Shown one piece after another: positions 26,758 through 40,505 of a DNA stretch of 64,000 nt. This DNA comes from Octopus sinensis (lineage: Eukaryota). The stretch covers positions 7,564,001 to 7,628,000 of the forward strand of contig NC_043000.1 in the NCBI RefSeq assembly GCF_006345805.1, given 5' to 3'. The position numbers and the translations under genes are program-made. How positions within the stretch are numbered: position 1 is the stretch's first letter; every line of letters begins with the position of its first letter. Below the pieces are notes generated by a model. It had not been told where the DNA came from and searched no databases. It saw nothing but the letters and a program-made list of their open reading frames with translations.

Positions 26758-27073
26758 TTAATTAACACACTCATTTACTTGTTTATTTGTAAAAAAATTT
26801 TCGTTACTTCTTGCAACCTCTTCAATAGTCGTTAACTCCGTCTGTTATCAGAATTGCATTCTTTTTGGTTGTTTGTTATGCAGATGTGTGTGTGTGTCAG
26901 TGTGCATATACACATGCACACTGACACACACACATGCACACAAACAAACAAAAAGAATGCAGCTTTGATAACAGACAAAGTCAATGACTATTGAAGAGGT
27001 TGCAAGAAGCAATGAAAATTTTAGAAAAAATTAGTAAGTAAGTGGAAATCAAACTGGTGAGTGTGTTAATTAA
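26758..27073. mobile_element. Imperfect ~316-bp palindromic MITE with a central microsatellite
   Basis: ttaattaacacactca...cttcttgcaacctcttcaatagtc mirrored by gactattgaagaggttgcaagaag...tgagtgtgttaattaa. Confidence 0.7.
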
Positions 27074-27304
27074 GAAGACATTAAAACAGAATGACTTTCC
27101 CCAGACACAATAAAATATGCTTCAACAGCCTTGTTGATGTGGGTTAAATTCCAATGAAAAAGCCTTGTTTATTAGCTAACAAAGCTCTGATTAATTTTCC
27201 AGCCCTACCTCCATCTCTAGAGCTGAGTGAGCTTCATCAAGTACCTGTGATACCTATTTACAACCAAGTAGACTGGATTGTTGAGAATTAAATTGAAAAA
27301 CGAT

Positions 27305-27672
27305 GATGCCGTGGTGATCTCATTCTCACTCACAACATCGTAAGCGGAAAGGTTAACCTCTCGAAAGAGCTGTTCTTCACTCCTGCTCCAGAGCGTGGGC
27401 TGCAGGGTCACCCTGAAAAGCTCTATCTACGACAATTTCATCTCAATTGAAGGAGAAGGGCTTTCTCTGTTCGGATTGCGGATCCGTGGAATAAGCTGCC
27501 GGACGAGATAGTGAAGATGCCGACGACCGCTCGGTTCAAAGTCTCTCTTGACCAGAAATGGCCTGCACTCTTTGTATGACCAACCTCCCTGTACATAACT
27601 CCCTGTCCCCTTACTTGGCCTTGCTTTTGCTTTTTGAGCCAATAAAAATTAAATTAAATAAAATAAAAAAAA
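27305..27672 (+). mobile_element. CR1-clade LINE 3' end
   Basis: RRGDLILTHNIVSG...GHPEKL...RRRAFSVRIADPWNKLPDEIV...FKVSLD, then a short UTR and A-rich tail. Confidence 0.8.
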
Positions 27673-28180
27673 TGTTTGTCCATTGGCTAATTACTGTGAT
27701 GGTGACAGTATACTTAGTCACTTTGGTCATCTGGTATGCTGTCCATGAACCAAACAGTAAATTCATTTGTACTTTTAAAAATATCTGTATTATCACTTTC
27801 TTTCTTCCTTACACTCTCGTTCTCTCTTCCTGTCTGTAGCAGTAGTAGGCCTCCTTCAACTGGAAACAGTTAACTACATGTGTGTGTCTCAGAGCTGCAC
27901 GTCTGTTCCGTGTTTCCAAGTGCTGATAAGGACAGTTTGCAAATGGCAGTCTGTGTTAGAGTAGCTGCAGCTGGAAGTGGTATCACGACTTGAATACTAA
28001 CCATTCTGGCTTCGGCCAACAGTTTCACTTTTCTTCTTCTTCCAAGCTCTCAAGTTTCTTCTCTCTTTCAATTAATTTTTTTATTCTGAGTTTTTTTTTT
28101 TATGCAAGTTAGATCAGATATAAGTTATTAAGTCTTTGTATTTTGTGAGGGAGTATGACTTAATGGTTAGGGTGTTGCAC

Positions 28181-28850
28181 TCATCATCATCATCATCATC
28201 ATCGTTTAGCGTCCGCTTTCCATGCTGGCATGGGTTGGACGGTGCAACTGGGGTCTGGGAAGCCAGAAGGCTGCACCAGGCCCAGTCTGATCTGGCAGTG
28301 TTTCTACAGCTGGATGCCCTTCTAACGCCAACCACTCCATGAGTGTAGTGGGTGCTTTTTACGTGCCACCTGCACAGGTGCCAGACAAGTCTGGCAAACG
28401 GTCACAGTCGGATGGTGCTTTTTACGTGCCACGGGCACGGAGGCCAGGCGAGGCTGGCAAACGGCCACGATCGGATGGTGGGGTTTAAGTGCCACCAGCA
28501 TGGAAACCAGTCAGGGCGGCACTGGCAACGGCCACGTTCGGATGGTTCTCTTATGTGCCTCCAGCACTGATATCACAGCGACAATTTCCATTCATGTTGA
28601 TCGATTTTGATTTTTGATTTTTTGAGTTTTTGATTTTCACTTGCCTCAACAGGTCTTCACAAGTAGGGTTTTGTGTCCCAAGAAGGAAAGGTATGCATAA
28701 GTGGACTGAGGCCATGGGTGATGGTCTCACTTGTTCTGCAGGTCTACTCATGCACAGCATACTTCCAAAGGTCCCGGTCTCTAGTCATTTCCTCGGTGAG
28801 ACCTAAAGTTCGAAGGTCGTGCTTCACCACCTCATTCCATGATTGTAATA
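28181..28850 (-). mobile_element. RTE LINE 3' end with (GAT)n tail, including ORF C-terminus
   Basis: Minus strand WNEVVKHDLRTLGLTEEMTRDRDLWKYAV, then the abundant 3' UTR ...ccaacccatgccagcatggaaagcggacgctaaacgatgatgat. Confidence 0.8.
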
Positions 28851-29203
28851 TTGTGGTTTCAGTTCCTGGACTGGGTAGTGCATTGTGTTCTTGAGCAAAA
28901 CACTTCATTTCATGTTGCACCAGTCCACTTACTTATGAATGAGAAACCCTGCGATGGACTGGCATTTCATTCAGAGGAAATGTTGTGATCCTGGTCAGAT
29001 CCTGTCAATCTACTTCATTTTTGGTAATATTTATAGGATTGAGGTAACTCCGCCAAATGATATAGAAGCAGAAAAAAAAAAGAAGAATGCCATTGCTTCT
29101 ATATCTTCTGGAGGAGTTACCTTATTTTGAACCTGTGGAAGCCATTTGAGATGTCAAAATATCGCTCACATGCTGACAATGACACTCCTCTGTTTTTTGC
29201 TGC

Positions 29204-29245
<42 letters not shown>

Positions 29246-29247
<2 letters not shown>

Positions 29248-29800
29248 GAAAACTCACAGCTTATTTACTGAGTATAATGGAAAGTGTCAGCTGTCCACAA
29301 CCAGGGACTAAGGTGACACTGGTCATGCTTCAAGAACCCTACGAAGAATTCTTGCAGTTCCAAGCAAAGCTGATTTTTGTAGGTGTTCTACCTTTACATT
29401 TATACCAATCATATTGAGCCATGTTTGTAGATGAATGCTGATACTTCCAAGTGTGCCAATTACTATTGGCACCTGGTCTACTCTCCTCATGGACCACAAC
29501 CTTTGTATTTCCCACTTCAAATTGTCATAGTTGTTCATTTTTTTCTTCTTCTTTCTCTTTGATCCTGTCGTCACCAGGACATGCTATGTCAATTATCGGG
29601 CAATGTTCCTTCTTCTTTATTCACCAGAACAATGCCCGGTTTCTGATGTCTGATCAGGTGATTGCTTTGAATCGTTGCATCCCACAGGATTTTGCAATTT
29701 TCATTCTTGGTGACTCCTGGGGTTTGCTCATATCTCGTCTTTGCTCTTTGTAGGCTGTGATTTTCACAGAGCTCCCAATGGATCATTCTTGCCACAGTGT
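29246..29800 (-). mobile_element. R4/Dong-clade non-LTR retrotransposon 3' fragment (restriction-like endonuclease)
   Basis: VARMIHWELC...ENCKILWD..IQ...KPGIVLVNK...YDNLKWEIQRLW...VPIVIGTLG...LQKSALLGTARILRRVL; (TAA)n on both sides. Confidence 0.85.
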
Positions 29801-29829
29801 TATTGTTATTATTATTATCATCATTGTTG

Positions 29830-29904
<75 letters not shown>

Positions 29905-29940
29905 TTATTATTTTTATTTTTATTTTTATTATTATCATTA

Positions 29941-29991
<51 letters not shown>

Positions 29992-29997
29992 TCATTA

Positions 29998-30036
<39 letters not shown>

Positions 30037-30070
30037 TTTATTTTTATTATTATTATTATTATTATTATCA
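29800..30070. repeat. Compound (ATT)n/(GTT)n microsatellite
   Basis: Directly visible; source of poly-I/N/Y/L ORFs. Confidence 0.95.
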
Positions 30071-30609
30071 ATAGTAGTAGTTATCTTACTTTCTTCAGGA
30101 GTTAATAGCAATAATCCATATTGTTCATTTCCAGTTTTACTTTGCTTACATTATCAGATTTTGCAGGAAGTTAATATGTTTGCTATTCTGTTTTTATATA
30201 AACTTTATATCTAATTTATATAATTTTCTCTTTCTTTTTCAATATTTATAATTAAAATAATAATATTGTTCTTGTTGTCAAGAATTAAGTAGGTTTGAAA
30301 TTATGTACTTCCATAGAAGTTTACTTGATGCTATCAATTATCAGCTAAGCGGTAATTAACTTTATGATTGATGTTGATTATGATAGGATTTTAATTAGCA
30401 AATGGTTCTTGAACAACAGCAAAATTTTGCAGACTAATAATAGCAGTATATAATTATATGCACTTCTTACTCCATACACGTACATGAAATGCTGAGGGGA
30501 TAGTTGTTCAGATGCTGATACCATCATTATGATGTATTTATATGGCTGAGGTAGTTGAGCTTTCAACAACCTAATCCATGTCTATTTGTGAATTTAAGGG
30601 TTTGGTTTA

Positions 30610-30982
30610 CAGTAGTGGTTCTCAAACCTGCATAGCTCAGTGCCCTCTTTTACCAAATGGTCCCTTAAAACTGCCCACTCTCCATGTTTTGCAACCCACA
30701 ACCCTCCAAACTCCAAGCACCACAATATTTAAATTAAATTAATTTTGCACAGTAGTTTATAATCTATATTTTGTTGTACTCGAGAAGACCCATCCGCCAC
30801 AGTAGAGTTGTTGATGCTTGTATGATAGTGATGCTTGTTTACAACCATTGAGTGATGTCAAGATAAAATTTTTTAAATGTTTGTTTAAATAAACCCATTT
30901 CTAGAAAGTATCAAGTGGGCCACAAGATAAAAATCTGCGGGCCACATGTGACCCACGGGCTTCAGGTTGGCCAGCCCTGGTC
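30610..30982. mobile_element. hAT (Charlie-like) MITE remnants
   Basis: (c)agtggttctcaaac at the left; minus-strand cagggctggccaacctg..gcccgtgggtcacatgtggcccgc at the right resembles Charlie-type termini. Confidence 0.4.
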
Positions 30983-31541
30983 TAGAGGAAGGCTGTGTTT
31001 ATGGTTTTGAGCAAGTTTTCTGAGACCAATAAAATCAATGGCGTTGATGTTAATGGAAAACTTTAAGTTGATGACTGCTTGAAAAATATGGGAAGGCTTA
31101 TTGCTTAGGGTATTTAGATCATGATCATGAGGTTGTGAGTTCGATACTGGTGAGGTGTCATGTCTTTGAGGAAGATACTTTATTTCATGTTGCTCCAGTC
31201 CAATCAGCTGGCAAAAATGAATTGTACCTGTAGTTTAAAGGGACATCCTTGTCACATTCTGTGTCATCTTGAATTACCCTGAGAACTACATTAAGGGAAT
31301 GCTTGTCTGTGGAGTGCTCAGCCACTTGCGCATTAATTGATTAGATCAACTGGAACACTCAGCATTGTAACTGACAGAGTGCTAGTTATGGGCAGGAAGG
31401 GAAAATCTAGAGGGAGAATGTTAGGGGGTGGAAGAGCAAGAGAAGAAAATCGTTAATTCAGAGGTGTGATGGACACTATAGCTGATGGAAAGAAACTAGT
31501 GAATCAGGAGATCCTAAAGGAAGATGGTATAAGACTAGCCA

Positions 31542-31770
31542 AAGGCGGTGAGCTGGCAGAAACGTTAGCACACCAGGTGAAATGCGTAGCTGTATTTCGT
31601 CTGCCGCTACATTCTGAGTTCAAATTCTGCCGAGGTCGATTTTGCCTTTCATCCTTTTGGGGTCGATAAATTAAGTACCAGTTACTCACTGGGGTCGATA
31701 TAATCGACTTAATCCATTTGTCCTTGTTTGTCCTCTCTGCGTTTAGCCTCTTGTGGGTACTAAAGAAATA
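31542..31770 (+). mobile_element. tRNA-derived SINE with Meta-domain-like core, full length with TSD
   Basis: 16-bp TSD ggtataagactagcca (31526-31541 / 31771-31786); A-box (agctggcagaaacgtt) and B-box (gagttcaaattc); gcctttcatcctttt.gggtcgataaa core. Confidence 0.85.
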
Positions 31771-31924
31771 GGTATAAGACTAGCCAGCTCAGAGGAGCTG
31801 TTTCCTCTGTAGGAATGGTAAAAGAGGCAGAATTACCTCTGCTTATGACAGTCTGGAATTGAGTCAACTTAATGCTAGAGAAACTGAAAATAATCACTGG
31901 CTGTTAAAAATACAAATATATGAA

Positions 31925-32270
31925 ATGATAAAGCACCGTTGGCCAGATACTGTTGTGGTAGACAAAGAGATGTGGCAGTGGTTACATTATAGATGTAATT
32001 ATCCCAGGCAGTCACAATATATTCAGCAAAGAGCATAGAAAAAAAACATTTGTGAGTATTTGGGACCTTTGATCAGAAACTTAAAGAATGTGGAATATAC
32101 AAAGTGCAGTTATACCAATAGTAATTGGTTCTCTTGGCTCTGTTCCCAACAAGCTGACACACATCAATGAAATAAATATAACACCTAATAATTGTAACCT
32201 TACAAAAATTGGCTCTGCTTGGAGCTGCCAATATTCTGTGAAAGGTACACTTTTTTGAGGTCATATGATT
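31925..32270 (+). pseudogene. Older R4/Dong RLE fragment
   Basis: IKHRWPDTVVVDK...IIDVIIPG...IPIVIGSLGSVP...LQKLALLGAANIL across frameshifts. Confidence 0.6.
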
Positions 32271-32414
32271 TGATGGAGAGTACTAAATGTGTGCTTGGTT
32301 AATGTTTGAAGCTGTGCTGAAGGAAGAAAGGAATAATAATTCTTTCTAACATAGGCACAAAGCATGACATTAAGGGGACGATGTTATCAATGCCACCAAT
32401 CTCATGATGATGAT

Positions 32415-32591
32415 GATCATTTCTACTGTAGGCACAAGGCCTGAAATTTGGGGGAAGGGATTAAGTTGATTACATTGACCCCAGTGCATAACTGGTACTT
32501 ATTTAATCAACACTGAAAGAATGAAAGACAAAGTAGACCTTGATGGAATTTGAACTCAGAATGCAGTGATGGGCGAAATACCGTTACGCAT

Positions 32592-32629
<38 letters not shown>

Positions 32630-33545
32630 CCTTTCTACCAGAGGAACAAGGCTTAAAATTTTGGGGAAGGGGGCTAGTTGATTACATTGACCCCAGCACT
32701 CAACTGGTACTTATCTCATCATGCCTGAAAGGATGAAAGGCAAAGTTGACCCTGGTGGAATTTGGACTCAGAACATCTTTCAGATGGATGAAATGCTGCT
32801 AAGCATTTTGCCTTGCGTGCTAACAATTCTACCAGCTTGCCATCTTAATAATAATAATAACGATAATAATAATTATAATGGTTTCAAATTTTGGCACAAA
32901 GCCAGGAATTTTGGGGAGGGTGCTAGTTGATTACACTGACTCCAGTGTTCAACTGGTATTTAATTTATCAATCCCTGAAAGGGATGAAAGGCAAAGTCAA
33001 CCTCAGCAGAATTTGAACCTAGAACATGCAGACAGATGAAATACTGCAAAACATTTTGCCTGGTGACCTAACAATTCTGCCAGCTTGCTGCCTTATTAAT
33101 GATAATAGTAATGATAATGATAATGGTTTCAAATTTTGGTTAAGTAAATTACATCAACCCCAGTATTTGACTGGTACTTTATTTTATTGATACCAAAAGA
33201 ATGAAAGACAAATTTGACTGCCAGAATTTAAATTCAGAACTACCAGCTACCCACCTAATGATAATAATAATATAAATAAATAACTATTTCTGATTTGGGT
33301 ACAAAGCCAATTATTTTAGGAGGAGGGGCTAATCGCTACCATCAACTCCAGCATTTGATGAATGGTTCATTTTATTGACCCCAGAGTGATGGAAGGCAAA
33401 GTTGACCTCTTTGGGATTTGAACTCAGACTATAAAATGTTGAAACAAATACTGCAAGGTATTTAGTTAGATGCTGCAATGATTTTGCCAGCCCATCACCT
33501 TAAACTAGAACTTCCTTTATCAACCCCAGAAGGACGAAGGGCAAA
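32415..33545 (-). mobile_element. Cluster of about five co-oriented degenerate Meta-like SINE copies separated by (AAT)n
   Basis: Repeated gatgaaaggcaaagt.gacct...gaatttgaactcaga blocks near 32520, 32730, 32985, 33200 and 33390. Confidence 0.75.
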
Positions 33546-34119
33546 GTTTAGAGCAATGATACTTGTGTATGTTTTAAAAGTTTTTGACCGTTAAGATTTA
33601 TTACTAAAATAAAATAAAAACAAAATCTTTGGCAGAATCAATCATTCAAAGTGATTGATTAATTACTATTCATATATATTAACTGACTCGTTTCTATTGC
33701 TAGAGATTAAAGACCAAATCAATTTTGGAATTCCTCTCTACACTATAAAGTCAATTAGAAATCTTATGAGTTTTCTAGTTTATTTAATTAATTTTTCTGT
33801 TATACTTAATGTCAAGTCAGATGTGAGATACTCTTCACAGCACATGTATACAAATAGATTGCTTGCCATTCTATAGAATATGGACAAATGAAAAATACAG
33901 AAGCTTTCCTTTCCTACTTCTTGTCAGTCAAAAAGATCATTGATCAGAATGAGGATATGGAAATTTCCTTCTATTTGTGTGTGTGTGTGTGTGTGTGTGT
34001 GCATGTGCATATATATTTATGTATGTATATCTTTATATATATGTATATGTGTGCATGTATGTGTCTATGTATGTATGTCTTTATGTATATCTATCTATCA
34101 ATATCTATCTATCTATCTA

Positions 34120-34177
<58 letters not shown>

Positions 34178-34207
34178 CTTCTCTCTCTCTATGTGTGTGT
34201 ATATATA

Positions 34208-34255
<48 letters not shown>

Positions 34256-35895
34256 AGCGGACGTTAAACGATGATGATGATGATATATATATACACACAC
34301 ACACACACACAAATGCATACAGAGAACTTATAATGATGGTAACTTTGCAATTCTTATAAATGAATCCCCTTTTGGCAATAAAAGAAATCATTATACATTT
34401 ATAAATATTATTAATATTAATCTATAAATATTTTTCTGTTATGTAACACAGTAACCGTGGAACAAAGCAAAATTGAATGCATAAACTATTATGCGCACAG
34501 CATTCATATTATTTGCAAGACAAATATCAAAGACCTAATTGATTACGTTATAATTGATTATAGATATAATACTCATATTATTTATATGACAATTGACTGA
34601 TAAATAAATATTTTAAATGAACTATGATTTTATACACACACACGCGCGCGTGTGTGTGTGTATATATATATAAAACTGTCTATTTGTCTGTCTGTCTGTC
34701 TATCTATCTATCATTCTATCTATCTATTTGTCTGTCTGTCTACATTCTTTTACTGGCTTTAATCATTGGACTGCAGCCTCACCAGGGCATCACTTTCAAA
34801 GCTTCAGTTTATCATATCGGCACTTATTTTTAAGTTTTGTACTTATATTACGAAGTTCTATTTATCAAACTGTTAAGCTCTGGGACATAAACAGAAGCAC
34901 TGGTTTTTAAGTCATGCATATGTGAACAAACACGCATGTATTTGTCTGTGTCTATACATATATATGTACTTATGTGTGTGTATGTGTGCATATATATATA
35001 TATATATATATAAATTTGTGTTGTAAGATTCTGATGTGAAGTCATGTATTGAAACAGATATTGTTTTTAGGATGGTCATGTTTTTTCCCTAATAAACACA
35101 CACTATATATTTGTTCTTCCCTCATTTATTGCTCTTCTTATTCTAACTCTTGTCCAGAAATCTTTCATCACACATCTGTGACCTCCTCAGTGACACTTTC
35201 TGTTTTTGTGTGTGCTCTTGCTCTGCTTATTCCATCCTGTTCTTCTGTGATGTGTATCCTTATATGCACATGCGTCACGTCTGTATGTGTGTGTGTGTGT
35301 GTGATTGTTCTTAGTAGCACTATGTCCCTCCCCTCAGCCCTGTCCCCTACTCTGTTGCTGCTGCTGCTGCTGTTCTTGAACCCAACTTTATATACTGTTT
35401 TTGTAACTCCCTGTGTTTGTGTGTTCACCCACGCTGTCCACTTAGCCTGCAAGGTGGCATTATTTGAAAGATACAACAAATGTGGGGAAGTGCGTTCTGA
35501 CCAGTAGTGTATAGCATCATCTGATAGTCTAGTTGATATAGTGATACACTGATGTATGTGTGTGTGTGCGTGTGTGTGCGTGTGTGTGCGTGCGCGTGTG
35601 TGTGTTTGTGTATGACAGGCTTTCATGTAACATCTGCCTATCCAATTTCACTTGTAAGACACTGGCCAACCTTAGGCTAGAGTTAAAGACACTTGATGAA
35701 GGTGCTAAGCCTAACCTCCCCCCAAATCCACACATATTTTTATGTACATTACTGATTAATATCATTAAATATTTATCGATATTTAAAATGTTTCCCTTTT
35801 CAGTTTTGGACGTAAGAAATATCCTGCAATCTACTGGTACTCCATAGAAAACAAGAATGCTCGAAAACGTGTAAGTATACCATGCCATACATATA

Positions 35896-37034
35896 TAGGG
35901 TGTTTGGGCTAAATTTGACAGTTTGCTTAAATTAAAAGAAAACACAATATTCCATCCAAAAATAAAAGTATTTAAAAAATCAAAAGATATCAAATAGATT
36001 ACGGCCTTGAGGTAGCTGTCCTCAGCTTCCACCATAGCAACAAGACAGCTCCAGAACCTGGTGTATACATCTTTCACAATGTGAAGATCTTTGAACACCT
36101 TCTTGAGCTTGGCTGCTAATTTGGTCTTGGTGTTGCAGGCAGAGTGGTTCATGTCTTTTTCGACTGTACCCCACACATAGTAATGCATGGTATTCTTTCT
36201 TTTGCACCCTTTTCAAGCCTAGCCAGGCTCATGGGTCCGGTTTCCCGGTTTCTATGGCGTATGTGTTCCCCCCAGCTGGACGGGACACCAGTCCATCACA
36301 GCGTTACTCAAGAAACAGGAAGAGGAAGAGTGAGAGAAAGTTGGGTCGAAAGAGTACAACAATGGTTGCCACCACCCCCTGCTGGAGCCTCGTGGAGCTT
36401 TAGGTGTTTTCACTCAACAAACACACACAACACCCGGTCTGGGAATCGAAACCACGATCCTCCGACTGCGAGTCTGCTGCCCTAACCACTGGGCCATTGC
36501 GTTTCCACAATTAAGAGGCCAGAAATTGTGGGTGTTGATGTCATCAAGTGGTTCTCTTTGGTCTTCGCTGTCAGAATTTGTTTCTTGTTCCTCTTGTATG
36601 AGTGGTAGTGAAGGTCCTCACTCAAGACCAGCTTCATTGTGGTGACTCTAACATCCCTTTCTCTTGCCAAAGCCCAGATTTCCGTATTCAGATCTTCACC
36701 TTGGTTTGCAGTTGTTGGATGAACTCCAGCATGTAAATGCAGTCAGAACACCTGCTGTGTCTCTTCCTGCTGCCCACTGCAGCTATCCATGTCATGTCTT
36801 ACAGTGTTCACAGAGTATGCAGCAACAGTGATGATGTCAGCATGTTAACACCTGACATGAATCAACATCATATAGGTAACTCTTTTCCAATATGCAGATG
36901 GCTTCCAGTCTTCCATGTCAAATAACTTTTTTTCAACAACTTTAATCTTTATGCTCTCCAATGCTGTTGACTATTCACCAATATATCAAGCTGGTCATGA
37001 AAAAAAAATCATCAAACTTAGCCCAAACACCTTG
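35896..37034 (-). mobile_element. maT-like transposon relic interrupted by a SINE
   Basis: TIRs (t)agggtgtttgggctaaatttga / tcaaacttagcccaaacaccttg with TA flanks; remnants YYVWGTVEKDMNHSACNTKTKL and LSEDLHYHSYKRNKKQILT. Confidence 0.75.
36230..36510 (-). mobile_element. tRNA-derived SINE, family 2 head with a different tail, nested in the maT relic
   Basis: Minus strand gtggaaacgcaatggcccagtggttagggcagcagactcgcagtcggaggatcgtggtttcgattcccagaccggg. Confidence 0.8.
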
Positions 37035-37538
37035 TATTTTGATTAATGTGTTTCTGGAGGCTTTTTGCTGAACAGCCCCTTTACCAGTTCATCATCCTTA
37101 TTTTTGTTTATCATCATCATTATCATTATTTTAATGTTCTCTTTCCATGGGTCACAGAATTTGTTGATGTAGATTTTCTCTGGCCAGATGCTTTTCCTCT
37201 GGCAAACATTATTTCCCTATGGCCTGATGTATTTTCATGGGAGACTTGAAACGATGGACACTGCTTTTATGAAGCTGATGCTTGTTTGTAACTAATTCAT
37301 GATGTCAAAACAAGGAAACAGAAAAAGATCACACACACTCGATGGGTTTCTTTCACTTTCCATCTACCAAATCCACTCACAAGGCTTTGGTCATTTCAGG
37401 GCTGTAGTAGAAGACAAATGCTCAAAATGCCATGTAGCAGAAGCAGAACTGAGCCTAAAGCTGCACTGCCATACCTGCATCCACATAGTTACATAAGGGA
37501 AAAGCTGGTCTTGTATCCTACAAAGTTTACAGCAAATA

Positions 37539-37773
37539 CCTATTTCCTTACTACCCACAAGGGGCTAAACACAGAGAGGACAAACAAAGACAGACAAATG
37601 GATTAAGTCGATTACATCGACCCCATTGCGTAACTGGTACTTATTTAATCGACCCCAAAAGGATGAAAGGCAAAGTCAACCTAGGCAGAATTTGAACTCA
37701 GAACGTAAAGACAGACGAAATACTGCTAAACATTTTGCCCGGCGTGCTAACGTTTCTGCCAGCTCACCGCCTT
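37539..37773 (-). mobile_element. Same SINE family
   Basis: Near-full reverse copy of 31542-31770. Confidence 0.8.
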
Positions 37774-39539
37774 ATTACAGACCCTCAACAGCCTTATATT
37801 AAATAAACATTATCATGCTGAAAATCAACATTATAGACAATGAATCTAGCAAAACTACAAATAATGAATTCCCTATTAGAATTACTTAATTAGTTAATGG
37901 ATTCTGAAATTACCCAGGTTAAGAATTGAGAAATTAGAAAGCTAGATGATGGAGCTAGGTTAGACAGTAACAGATTTTACCATAAGATTACATAAATCTC
38001 GGTAGGAGTTAGTTATAGTTGAAATTAATATTATTACTGTCATTATAAATGAAGTAAAACACAGTTCGTGACTAACTCTATCTTGCTTTGTGTCTTTGAA
38101 ATAATTAGTTATTATCCTACATAATGTCTACAGGTGATTTGTTTTGTCAGCTTTAGATTTACTTTTAATTAATGTCAATTGTCTTTGTTGTTGTTGCTGG
38201 TAGTGGTGGTGGTGTGAGGAATAGAATAGAAATATGTGCACGAGGTTAAATCTATTAGTCTCTATATTTGAGGAAGGAAAAGTGATATCACACATCCATA
38301 AAATACAAACACATGCTGTATAGTTGTCAGGACTTTCTCTATGAATTCATCTATTGTAGTTACACACACACACACCTGCCTATAAATACACACACATACA
38401 TATATACATATGCATACATGCAATCTATATATCTATATATATATCTGTGTGTCTGTCTGTTTATCTATCTATATGCATACACACATACATACGTACACAC
38501 ATGCATGAAATGTTTAAAAAGTATTCCATGAAATCAAAAGATATGGAAAAATAATAAAAAGGAGAAAATATGCCATTCCTTTTACATCTGCAGTTAATTA
38601 ATTCCAAAGCATATTATATTACAACTAAATCATTTCAGAATACAATAATATATATTGAAAGATAGATTATCTTAGTCAAATTATTTCAAAATACATTATT
38701 ACATATTGCAAAATTATCATATGATATCCAATATACATTACTATATTTTACAATTACATATTGTAAAGGGCATTTTTATATTCAAGTCACTTCAAAGTGC
38801 ATTAAACACTACAAATATATGATTACATACAGGTTTCACTTCTTATAGAAGATATTCATTGCCATGTATGAATGCAATGGTTTGCTACAGGTTAATATAT
38901 AGTGTGTCTACCAGAAGTAACCTTGTCACAAACTCACAAAGTCATAAGGAATGTAATATTATATACATTAGTAGACCCAAATTAAGTAAGGGATGTAAAT
39001 TTTTGTACTTTAACTATTCAAAAATTAATGAGAAAAGTATTTTATATTTATTTAAAAAAATGAATTAAAAACAAAGTGTCAATTTGTAGTTAAAAATTCA
39101 AAATTGGTTTATGTTTTGCAATAACTAAAAGTTTCTTTGTTGTTTGACATACTTTCTACACATTGATATAATGAGAAAGTTTAAGATTTGTCTGTCAAGT
39201 TCTTGCAAATCTATCTAAATACTATCTTATTCAAATTTTCATAGTTTTTCACATCTTGTAATTTGTTGGTGAACTGTCACACATTTTCAAAGTGGCATGT
39301 CTGTGTGGATAATTAATTCCTGCCATATTCATTGTTTGTGATGATAAAAATTAAATTTGCTGAAAGAGATGTGAAGCTATTTCATATTTTAAAAAATTTC
39401 CTAATTTTGAAGCAGAACTTGGAGACATATATAAATATATGAATACAAATTCCACAATTTAACCTTTTGAGAATTACCTCAAACAGGCATGTCACTTAAA
39501 AATGTATAACAGTTTACCAGCAACAAATACAGATCTGGG

Positions 39540-39575
<36 letters not shown>

Positions 39576-40438
39576 CGGCACAGGCATAGCTATGTGGTTT
39601 AGAAGTTTACTCTCAAACCATATAATTTTGGGTTCATTCCATCTGTGTGTCACCTTGTGTCTTCTACTACAGTTCTAGGCAAGTCAAATCTGTGAGTGTG
39701 ACTGTCTGTGTGTGTGTGTGTATACACACACATACACACTCACATTATATTCATATAAATATATATTTGTAAATAGTAAGGGATTACTCCAAACATTTAC
39801 TGGCTTTCTCTCAGTTAGGTATTCGAAATAGGGTATTCAACAGTTAATATATAAATCCAATAATATTCTCACAAGATAAGAATTTAGAGATATATCTGGT
39901 GCAGTTGAAACACGTGTAGGTCTATGTAAAGCTGTGTACGTAAGAAAAGAATTGAAGGTAATACTATGCAACTTAATAATCATTATTATTATTATTGCTG
40001 TTGTTGTTGTTATTGATATATATATATATATATGTATGTGTGTATGTATATGTGGGTGTGAATTTATGTTTGTGTCTCTTTGTATTGACATCATGTGATT
40101 GTTGTAGATGAATGTCATTCATTTCCAGCCATGAATAAATGTTACCTCGCTTGGAATCAAGCAAGGGTTGGTGACAGAAAGGGCATCCAGCAGTAAAAGA
40201 ACTGTCTCAAAAAGTCTGTTCTACCCAGACATGCATGGAAAAGTGGAGTATTTTGTGGGAGGGAATTAGGTGATTACATTGATCCCAGTGCTCAACTGGT
40301 ACTTATCTATTTTATCAACCCCAAAAGAGTGAAAGACAAAGTCAACCCTGGTGGAATTTGAACTAAAAACATAAGGCTGGAAGAAATGTTGCCGAGTATT
40401 TTGCCTTCCACACTAACGATTCTGCCAGCTCACTGTCC

Positions 40439-40502
<64 letters not shown>

Positions 40503-40505
<3 letters not shown>

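Noticed and set aside
29589-30214. Long ORFs of poly-I/N/Y/L
   Set aside because: Translations of an (ATT)n microsatellite; only the portion overlapping the R4 fragment is meaningful.
31542-31620. tRNA-like A/B boxes in SINE heads
   Set aside because: No cloverleaf; these are SINE promoters, not tRNA genes.
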